Assembly: GCF_006345805.1 (NCBI RefSeq)
Contig: NC_043004.1
Coordinates: 70,680,001-70,744,000, forward strand
Source of the DNA: Octopus sinensis
Lineage: Eukaryota
DNA: 64,000 bases
Direction of reading: 5' to 3'
The notes beneath the pieces are model-generated. The model had not been told where the DNA came from. It made no database searches and worked only from the letters and a program-made list of their open reading frames with translations. A program made the translations under genes and the position numbers. Of the stretch, positions 25,883-37,486 are shown piece after piece (position 1 is the stretch's first letter; every line of letters starts with the position of its first letter).

Positions 25883-28800
25883 CTATTGTATTCCTTCCTG
25901 CTGCTGTTCTGAGTGATAAACTAGAAATACATGGACACTTGCCAAAGGATGTCTCAAGGCTATCCGCCATTTATTGCCGGTTCCTAAAGAATGCATTTTT
26001 TTAAGGTGGATGTCAACTTAGGGCATATAGAGCCAAAATGGGTACCACAAAATATCTGCCTAGTGAGCTCCTGTCAAACCGTCCAATCCATGCCAGCATG
26101 AAAAACAGACATTAAATGGTGATAATGATGACGATGATGATGATTTTATTTCACACTTTAATGATTCTTGTGATTCGCTGTCTTAGGAAGATTGCATAAT
26201 AAATGTTGGATTCACGGCTGTCTAATTTCATGAGATACTGTTTTCTCTAACCAATCCTATTTTCAGTCATCATCTGATGTAAACTATTATTCACTTATTG
26301 AGTATTTAGCCATTAAGGCTGAGAGTGTAGTAAAGTCTATGCTTTGCTGACAAGATCACAATAAGGTGGAAACATGTCCAAAGTTGTCATTCATCTTCCA
26401 TATTTGTAGAAATAATCAAAATTTGGTGTTCATAAAAAGAAAATATTGGTCACAATAAATATATCAGTATATATAGTGTAGTTGTGCTTCACTAATGAGG
26501 TCATAATAAGGTAGAAATATGTCCAAAGTTCTAAACCCCCCCACCACCACCACCATCTTTCATATTTGTAGAAATAATGAAAATTACATTAGCTGTTCAC
26601 GGGAAAAATATTTCTCAAAATAAATATAGCCAAATATAGCAGCCAAACATCCCACAAATTACATTTTGCTATCTTAAAGGAAAGAACATATTGGTGTTAA
26701 GGCTTCTGACTAAGGGTGGAACTGAGGCTAAACCACAATGGGATTATGAGAAAATCCATTTCTTACCTGATAACTCTAGTAGTACATGATCCAGAAACAT
26801 CATCTCAGTGAAATAAAGGTTGTCTGGAGCCTTGTCGATGACACATTGTTTGATCAAGGCACCAGCATGAATGCCTGGGATCAGATTCAGCATGCTACTG
26901 AGATCATCTGTAAAGAGATATATACATATAAAAAAATAATAACAACTGCAAAGTAAGGCAATGTGTGTGTGTGTGTTGAATCATATATGTATATATGATT
27001 CAAATGTAGAGAAAACAAAAGACAGAGACAGGTTTGACAACAAGCAGATGTATTAGTTTGACACTAAAAAAAAAACCCAGAAAAATCCTTGATGTTTCAA
27101 GCCTATGCTCTTCAACAGAAAGGAAACAGGGGGAAGAAATGGAGAGCAGGATAAAAATGTGTTGGGATTAATGGTTCACCATGTTTATTTATATATATAT
27201 ATAAATACACACAAATATAATTCTTTTTGGGAAGAGTATATCTCAGAATACATACAGAAAGCCATAAATAATAGCATGTAAGTATTGGGTTACAAAAAAA
27301 ACAACCTTCCAGGTAGAAAATGTCAAAGGTTATTCACAGGACACGAATCCACATCTCCTGTAAACATGAATTTGTTGAGACAGATTTTCTACAACCGGAT
27401 GTTCTTTTAGTCACCAACCCTCACCTGTTTCCAAGGAAGGTAATCTTTCTCCCATGGCCAGGCATGCTTTTTCATGGATGACTGGAAATGAACAACATCG
27501 TTTGTATAAAAACAATGCTCTTTTAGAACCATGACGTCAAGACAGGGCCTTTTCTCAGTTTACTGTCTCCTAGATCTTCTCACAAGACTTTGGTCAGCTT
27601 GGGGCTGTAACAGAAGAGACTTGCCCAAGGTTCCACACAGTGAAACTGAACCAGAGATCACATGATTGGAAAGCAAGCTTTCTTAGCCATTCGGCTACAC
27701 ATATTCATTCAAATCTATGAGGGAGTGCTGAAAAGTTCTTAGTTTTAAGGGTATTGAAAAAGGCCTGGTTGGAGGCCCAATCTTCTGAGTTCTTTTTTCA
27801 GGGCTTAGAAAAACTGAGAGACCACTGCAATAAGTGTGTGAATCTGAGAGGGGAATATGTTGAACTAAATCATAATTAACTGATCCTCTTGTATTTTTTT
27901 TTACCCAAAGCCAAGAACTTTTCAGTACCCACTCATGTGTGTGTGTGTGTGTGTGTGCGTGTGTGTGTGTGAGGGTGTGCAGAAAAGTTCTTGGCTTTAA
28001 GGGTATCATGAAAGGTTGAAGGCGCAACCTTCCAAAGTTCTTTTCCAGGGCTTAGGAAAACAGGATTGCTGCAGTAAGTGTGTGAATTTGAAAGGAGAAT
28101 ATGTTGAATGAAATCATAATTAACGGATTTTGTTTTGCCCAAAGCTAGGAACTTTTCAGCACTCCCTTATATATGTGAGAGGGTGCAGAAAAGTTCCTGG
28201 TTTTAAGGGTATTGCAAAAGGTCTGGTTGGAGACCCAACCTTCTTAGTTCATTTACAGGGCTTAGAAAAACTGATGGTCTGCTGCAATAACTGCGTGAAT
28301 CTGAGAGGGGAATATGTTGAACTAAATCATAATTAACTGATCCTCTTGTATTTTTTTTTACCCAAAGCCAAGAACTTTTCAGTACCCACTCATGTGTGTG
28401 TGTGTGTGTGTGAGGGTGTGCAGAAAAGTTCTTGGCTTTAAGGGTATCATGAAAGGTTGAAGGCGCAACCTTCCAAAGTTCTTTTCCAGGCCTTAGGAAA
28501 ACAGGATTGCTGCAGTAAGTGTGTGAATTTGAAAGGAGAATATGTTGAATGAAATCATAATTAACGGATTTTGTTTTGCCCAAAGCTAGGAACTTTTCAG
28601 CACTCCCTTATATATGTGAGAGGGTGCAGAAAAGTTCCTGGTTTTAAGGGTATTGCAAAAGGTCTGGTTGGAGACCCAACCTTCTTAGTTCATTTACAGG
28701 GCTTAGAAAAACTGATGGTCTGCTGCAATAACTGCGTGAATCTGAGAGGGGAATATGTTAAATAAAATCATAATTAACTGATCCTCCTGTATTTTCTTTC

Positions 28801-30281
28801 ACCCAGAACCAGGAGCTTTTCAGCAACCCTTCATATATAAATATGATAACACACTTTCTTGAATAATTATGCACATGCAGATTGTTGCTACAGGTGTGGC
28901 AAAATGAGTTATATAAAACACAATGTTACATACCTGGGTGAACATGGTAAGCCTTCTGTGCTACCGAGAAACCATTTCGATTCCCATTTCTGGCACAATG
29001 CAAACCAGCTGCAAGGAGACTCTGGACCAAGATAGGGGCCACATCCTAAAGACAAAGCAAAGTAAAAACAAATAACATTACTAAAAAGTGTAAGAAACAG
29101 AGACATAAAAAGGCTAGACAAAAAAAATGTGTATGTAAACACGCTTTATGAACTCTTTTTTTTTTTTGCCATTAGTTAATCAGAGAGAAGAGAGACAGTG
29201 GCCATAACTTTTGAAGAATGCAATCCCAGATTAGTGGGAATGATGTGACTGATATCCCCAGGTTCAATGCTTGCAGGGATAAAAAATAAAAGGGATCAAA
29301 AAAATATGGGCAGCAGGAGAAATGTATGTCTGGTATGAAGAATGTTTTTAAAACATTCAGCATTACTAAAGATATACAAGGACTTGGTGGTGGGTAATGG
29401 TGGGGAATGGTGGAGATGGTAGGTGGTGATAGTGATGGTGGTGGTGTTGGTGAGTAATGGTGGTGGCGGTGGTCCCTGGTGCTATGGTGCTGATGGTGGT
29501 GTCAGTGGTGTGCTGGTGTTGGTGGCAGTAAGGATAGTGGTTGTGCTGTTGGTGGTAGTGTCGGTGGTGTGTGGTAGAGGTAGTGCTGTTGGTGATGGGG
29601 GGGTGCTGGTGGTATTGTTAGTAGTTGTGGTGGTAGTAATGGTAGTGGTGGTGATGGTAAGGTGGCGGTAGTGAAAAGGTGGTGGTGGTGGTAAGATGAT
29701 GGTGGTGATAAGGTGATGATAATGGTGGTGGGAGTAGTAATGATGGTGGTAGTGTAAGCGGCAATGGTGGTGGTGGTGTAGTTGCTGTGTTGGTGTTGGT
29801 AGTGAGTGGTGGAGGCCATCAGTGAGTGAGTGTGTGTGTGTATGTGAGAAAGGGCAGCACACAGTAATTCATTGAGTGGAAGGCCCTGAAACAATGCAAA
29901 CATTCTTCTTGAAGCTCCCTGGAGCCATCTGACATGTGGAGTCCTCATTTGGCGGCACTTGGCACAAGCAAGCTTTTGCAAAGTCTCCCTATAAAATCTA
30001 AGCATTCTGATGGTACTTGCCTTATTCAAACTCTCATCAAGTTGCTGTGCATACAACACACAAGTGGATGCCATCTGAGTGTCTTCCGGTGCAAACCACA
30101 TGATGGCTTTGGCTAGTAATATCCACAACGAAGCTTTCCATGGATATTTCTGTATAGTTCTCCGGATATAATTGCAACCGGCCTTTACCTCATCCTGCAA
30201 TACAATTGGTGAACTATAATTACAAATCGAAAATGGCATTCATTAACAGAGCTCTAAATGAGCAGACCAAAGTCTATATAT

Positions 30282-30319
<38 letters not shown>

Positions 30320-30874
30320 AAGGATCAGTGTGAAGGGGGCAAGTGATAAGACAAGATTCAGCAAATATATCTAATATGATGTGCCAATGGCACAAGTTTA
30401 CCTTAGCAAAGAATTCAGCAGCACAGAGCCATGTGATGTCCGCTAAGTGGTCTCCTTTAGGATCTTCTATCTTCGCCAGTTCCTGGACCACAGCCGATGC
30501 CAAAACATGGTCAGCTCGTATTAAAGCAATAGCACAAAGAGCCTTGAGGCCTTCCACCGAGGGCACAGACATTTGAGAACTGGAATAAAGGGACGATTGA
30601 AGGTTCATTATTAGAGAAATTCACAAAGAAGTTTGGATTTTATTTTTTTCTTTTATTCTTTTACTTGTCTCAGTCATTTGACTGTGGCCAAGCTGGAGCA
30701 TTGCCTTCAGTCAAACAAATCAACCCCAGCACTTATTCTTTGTAAGCCTAGTACTTATTCTATCGGTCTCTTTTGGCAAACCACTATTTTACATCAGTTG
30801 TCAAGTGATTGAGGAGGGACAAACACAGACACAAACATAGACACACAAACATATACATATATATATATATATAT

Positions 30875-30920
<46 letters not shown>

Positions 30921-33900
30921 TATATATACACACACATATATATATATACATATACAACAGGCTTCTTTTAGTTACCATCTACCAATCCACTCACAAGGCT
31001 TTGGTTGGCCTGAGGCTATAGTAGAAGACACTTGCACAATGTACCACACAGTGGGACCGAAGCCAGAACAATGTGGTTGGGAAGCATTTTGAACAACACG
31101 CATTTTAATTCTACAACTGCTTCGTCAACACTTTACCAGATTATTGCAGGAATATCATTATATATGAAATAATACATTGAATCAATATTATTTAAGCAAT
31201 TATTTAAGGTGGCGAGCTGGCAGAAACATTAGCACACCGGGCAAAATGCTTAGCAGTATTTCATCTGTCTTTACGTTCTGAGTTCAAATTACGCCAAGGT
31301 CAACTTTACCTTTCATCCTTTCAGGATTGATAAAATAAGTACCTGTTGCATACTGTAGGTGATCTAATTGACTGGCCCCCTCCCCCAAAATTTCAGGCCT
31401 TGTGCCTAGAGTAGAAAACAATATTATTTTAAAGGTGGCGAGCTGGCAGAAACATTAGCATGCCAGGCAAAATGTTTAGTGGTATTTCATCTGTCTTTAC
31501 GTTCTGAGATCAAATTCTGCCGAGGTCAACATTGCATTTCATCATTTCGGGATTGATAAATTAAGTACCAGTTGCATACTGGGGTCGATCTACTCGACTG
31601 GCCCCCTCCCCCAATATTATTTAAGCAATACTGGGAAATATCAACTCATCAAGTTTATAGAATGATCTTCTGGTAAAGTGCCACTCTGTTTCTTTTGTTA
31701 TTCATCATCAGCATCATCATCATCATTTAACGTCCATTTTCCATGCTAGCATGGGTTGGACGATTTGACTGAGGTCTGGCAAACCAGAATCCAATCTGAT
31801 CTGGCAGAGTTTCTACAGCTGGATGCCCTTCCTAATGCCAACCACTCCGAGAGTGTAGTGGGTGCTTTTACGTACCACTGGCACGAGGGCCAGTTTGGTG
31901 GTACTGGCAATGGCCACACACAAATGGTGCTTTTTATGTGCCACCTGCACAGGAGCCAGTCCAGCGGCACTGGTGACGACCTTGCTCGAATGTTTCACGT
32001 GCCACCAGCACAAGTGCTAGTAAGGCGACGCTAAGGCATGGAGCTGACAGAATTGTTAGCACAAGAGGCAAAATGCTGAGTGACATTTTGTCAGTCTTTA
32101 CACTCTGAGTTCAAATTCCACCAAGGTTGATTTTGCTTTCCATTCTTTTGGAGTTGGGCATAAGGAAGGGCATCCAGCTGTAGAAACTCTGCCAGATCAG
32201 ATTAGATCCTGGAGCAGCCATCTGGTTCGCCAGTCTTCAGTCAAACCATCCAACCATACCAGCATGGAAAGCAGACATTAAATGATGAGGATGATGATGA
32301 TGAGTACTGAGGTCGATGTAATCAACTTTACCTCTCCCAAGAAATTGCTGGCCTTGTGTCGAAATTTGAAATGCTGAGGATATGCGTAAGCTTGCAAGAA
32401 ATGAAGCCAGTATGCTCCGATGGATGTGTAATGTCAGTACTCATACTCGGCAGAGTGTAAGTACCTTGAGAGAAAAGCTGAACCTAAGAAGCATCAGTTG
32501 TGGTGTGCAAGAGAGACGTTTGCGCTGGTATGGTCATGTGGCGAGAATGGATGAAGATAGTTGTGTGAAAAAGTGCCACACCCTAGCGGTTGAGGGAACC
32601 TGTGGAAGAGGCAGACCCAGGAAACCTGGGACGAGGTGGTGAGCACGACCTTCGAACTTTAGGTCTCACTGAGGAAATGACTAAAGACCGAGTCCTCTGG
32701 AAGTGTGCTGTGCGCGAGAAGACCGGCAGGACAAGTGAGTCCATAACCCGTGGCCTTCTACATGGGATGGAGCCGGCCTACGTATGCATACCTTCCCTTC
32801 TTGGGACACAAAACTCTACTTGTGAAGACCTGTTGAGGCAAGTGAGGATCAGAATCGAAATCGATCAATGGAAATTGCAGATGTGTTACCAGTGCCGGTG
32901 GCATGTAAGAGAACCTTCCGTTTCGCGACCGTTGCCAGCACCGCCCCGTTTCGTGTCCGTTGCCAGCCTCGCCTGGCCCTCGTGCCGGTGGCACATAAAA
33001 AGCACCATCCGTTCGTGGCCGTTTGCCAGCTCTGTCTGGCACCTGTGCGGGTGGCACGTAAAAAGCACCCACTACACTCACGGAGTGGTTGGCGTTAGGA
33101 AGGGCATCCAGCCGTAGAAACACTGCCAGATTTGACTGAGCCTGATGCAGCCTTCTGGCTTCACAGACCCCAGTTGAACCGTCCAACCCATGCTAGCATG
33201 GAAAACGGATGCTAAACGATGATGATGATGATGATGATTTATATGAAATAAGGCAGTGAGCTGGAAGGATCGTTAGCAAGCTGTGCAAAATGCTCTGTGG
33301 CATTCCATCCGTCTTTACATTCTGAGTTCAAATTCTGCCAAGGTCAATTTGCCTTTTATCCTTACGGGATGGATAAAATAAGTACCAGTTGAGCACTGGG
33401 GTCAATGCAATTGACTTACCCACTCACCCAGAACTGCTGTCCTTGTGCCAAAACTCAAAATCGATATTTACATAAACTGTACTAATTTTCAGATATATCA
33501 ATCGTAAAGTGATTCATTTCCAGTGTATACGAGGGGGGTACTGAAAAGTTCCTGTCTTTGGGTGAAAGAAAATACAGGAGGATCAGTTAATTATGATTTT
33601 ATTCAACATATTCCCCTCTCAGATTCACACACTTATTGCAGTAGTCCTTCAGTTTTTCTAAGCCCTGTAAAAGAACTCAGAAGGCCAGGCCTCCATCGAG
33701 GCATTTTGCAATACACTTAAAGCCAGGAACTTTTCACCATTCCCTCAATATAGTATCTGATAGCCAATATCTGTGGATGGGCTTTATAAAGCAACTCCAA
33801 GATTAAAATCCAAATGGAATTAATACAAGCAAAAAGTATTCATAAAAGTTAATACACACCCTGTCATTAGTAGTTTGACAGCTTCGTTAATTTTACCCAT

Positions 33901-34212
33901 GTTTAATAAGGCAATTGCTTGAGCAGTCATCACTTGGGAATCAAACTCTTCGGTCATCTGCAGGGCTTTACCATACTCTGAAGAGAGAAAGATATATATA
34001 TATTCGCCATGCTGGACCAATGAAATCTACAAGTTTTTTACATTCTCTCTCTGCTTATTTTCTCTGATTCTTTTCTGATGAAAAGCATAGGCTTGAAACA
34101 TGAAAGACTTTTTCATTTTTCCCAAGCATCAAACTAATACACTTGCTTGTTGTTCATACACCTGTTATTCATCTTTTGATTTTCTATAAATTTCAACTAT
34201 ATATATATAAAT

Positions 34213-34261
<49 letters not shown>

Positions 34262-37200
34262 ATATAAATAGATATTTATTGTTCTTATACAAGAATGTTG
34301 TTGATAGTGACTTTGAAGTTTTGCCCAGTCTGATGATGGCTTAGCTGTCCAAAACTACGAAGTCACTGCCAACAACATTCTTGTCAAGAATAATAGATTT
34401 TGTACTATGCAAAAATATAGAGTAACCCATGAGATTAATGTAAAATTGTTTTTATTATAAATGAACATAAAAAGAGGGATTCCTGAATGACAATGTAGCT
34501 TTCATATAATTAAGGTATCTTTGGACTGGTGTGTAGCTAGCAGAGTACCCCTTGTTGAGTAATTATTGCATGAGAGCATCTGCTAGCTAGGAAACATATG
34601 TAGTCTGAATTTTACCTGCTCCACTCCCTCAATTTGGATGGATGGATGGATGGATGGAGAGAGAGAGAGAGGGAGGGATGGATGGATTGATAGAAAGATA
34701 GATAGATAGAGAGAGAGAGAGAGATGGATGGAGGGATGGATAGATACAGATGCACACACATATTTATGTTAGACAAAAGACAGGAGTGCTCAATACATGT
34801 TGTAGAGGATAGCAGGGGAAGGTTCTTTTTTTAACTGAAACTCTCAACTTGAGTTTCACGCCACTGCATTCTTCAAACAAAAACAGTACTCGCTTGAAGA
34901 TTGCAGTAGCATTAAACCTGAGCCAAGAGACAAACTCTCTCAGTTTTATTTTCAATAAAATGAGAAAACATGAGAGAGAGTGTGTGTGTGTGTGTGTGTA
35001 CACATAATATGTATACAGAGGGAAAGTGAAAGCAAAGACATTGAACCTGTGAAAGACATAAACTCGCACTAGCAATCACTACCCAAACAGACTCTTGAGT
35101 TGAAGGATTGTCAGCAGAGTGGGGCAAAAGTGTCATCTTCCAGGAATAGAAGGGAATCACCAACAATTGGTGGATGCAATGACACACTCTTACAGTGCAT
35201 TCCACATACTACTACTACTACTACAACACACACACACACACACACTGTAGACTCAATAAATAAAGGTTGACTTTTCAAACAAAGTATGTTTTAGGAATCA
35301 TTTTAATGTAATATTTACCTTGATAGCTCTCATAAAACTGTCCTGCCTTAAACAATGTCAAAGCAAGTCCACAAGTACCACCGAAATCCAAATCGCTTCC
35401 AATAATTTTGTACAGGTCTAGAGCACCTTTAAAATCACCCAGAGTGCTGATCAGAAGGATAGAAATAAATAAAAGAAATAAAAATAGAAAAACTCATCAT
35501 AAACATCATTAAATGAAAAATGATGGAATTCTGGTTTAACATCCCCATTTAACTTTTTGTAACTTTAAAAAAATTTTTGGCAATATTCAGAAAATGTTTG
35601 TGAATTAGAGTTCTACACATGAGAATTCATATGATTATGCAGAAAAAAAAATTTTTTAGTCTGTGATTTCAAGGTGATTTTGCTGTTATTTTTAGCACAC
35701 CCCACGACCATTTGATACCTTCCTTTGTAACTTAGACATGTATTCTTGTCTTCTTCTTGTCTTGAGACAGCATTCACCCGGGGTGAGTTGAGCTGGCTTC
35801 ATTCATCATGTCCCCCCTAAAGTCCAACCCCTCCTCATCGTGGTAATGGGGTGAAATGGGAGTGTCAGAGCTATGCCGTCGGAGACTTCAGTTTCTGGTA
35901 GGGCCACCCATGGTGGATTGTTCTGACACCCAGCGGTATCAGGGCCACACCCTGGTGAACAGAAGCGCCTGATCCAGCAACCGGCGGCTTCAACCCGTCC
36001 TGTCCTTGCGTCTGTGGAAAATCTACGGCAAACAAGACGTTCTCCCAACAGGGATATACTTGCGGCTGGGGACCGCTAGCGAACTTCCTATTCCCAAGAT
36101 CCTTCAAACATTCTTCATGTACATCTCAGACATGTATTAATGTTTTTTAATCCCCATAAACACATTTATGGAATGATAGTGTACCCAAGGGTGGTCCATT
36201 GCTGGGATTTGAGCAAAAATTTTGGACTGCCTGTATTTTAAACTTTGATTTATAAAAAAAATTCAAAACAGAGTGGAAATTTTAGGATCTATAAGGTGGG
36301 GAAAAGCATTAAAAGAATTTTTTTTAAAAATTTTATCATAATCCTATGCATACAACATGAATTTACAAAAATTTTCTGAAAATTCCAAAAAAGTTATGAG
36401 AAGTTAAATGAAGTGCTTAAACCAGAATCCCGCCAAAAAGAAGAAAAAAAGCCCAAAGTGAAAGACTTTAATAAGTTACCTATAAATGGTGTATTTTGAA
36501 TGCTAATGCAGCTATGGATATTATCTCATAATACAGAAGGTTAAAAATCCTTTGAATGGATAAAAGGTGGAAAGCTGTCTGCGGACTCAAACCCTCAAAC
36601 CACCCATCTGCTGTTATCCAGACAGGTGAGATTCCATTACCCTAAATTAGTTATTTTGACTTTCGTCCATCCGAATTAGACACTTTAATCTTACAGGTGA
36701 GAAAGCAAATTTCTTTACATTTAGAACATAAATGCAATTTGTGATGGTCTGTGACATGATGCATTTAAAACAATTTGAGTTGAACAAAACAGAACAATGA
36801 AAGAATTATATGAATTACTAGCAGTATCGCCCGGCGTTGCTCGGGTTTGTAAGGGAAATAACTATATAAGCATTTTAGAGATGTAAAGTATAATAGCCAT
36901 CTCAATATGGCTAACCAAAAAGGGGGGGTGTTACTGTAGCTTTTTACGTTCTGAGATTTAATAATAAATTTTTAGAGAGTTACTTCCCTTATATAATAGC
37001 GAAAAAAATGCATTAAAATGGAAAAAATGATGGTAATTTTTTTTTAAATCGTAGATTCATCGTAGACGCGCGCTAATACCCAGAAGGGCTCGATATGAAT
37101 CACGACTATAAGTTACCCGCTTTTGGTTAAACTGCACCGCAAAATGTGGGAGTAGTTAGGAATCTAAATCGTAGGAGACAGACACACAACCTCTCTTTTA

Positions 37201-37452
37201 TATATAAAGATATTGTTATTATTGTTGATAATTTGGCAGAGCCATTAGCTTGCCAGACAAAATGCTTAACAGCATGTCTTCCAGTTTCATGTTCTGAGTT
37301 CAAATTCCGCTGAGGTCAACTTTACCTTTCATCCTCTCGGGGTTGATGTAATTGAACTGGGGTCTATGTAATTGAACTTAATCCTTGCGCTGGAATTGCT
37401 AGCCATGTACCAAAATTTGAAATCATCATTACTACTACTACTACTACTACTA

Positions 37453-37486
<34 letters not shown>

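Noticed and set aside
29502-30020. Continuation of the 245-aa ORF beyond exon 19
   Set aside because: Homology to TTC37 stops at LNK; the rest is intron and (CCA)n/(CA)n repeat.
32885-33070. Regularly spaced GCCGGTGGCACGTAAAAAGCAC repeats resembling a CRISPR array
   Set aside because: The spacers are mutually similar, the repeats lie in a LINE 3' UTR of a eukaryote, and there are no cas genes.
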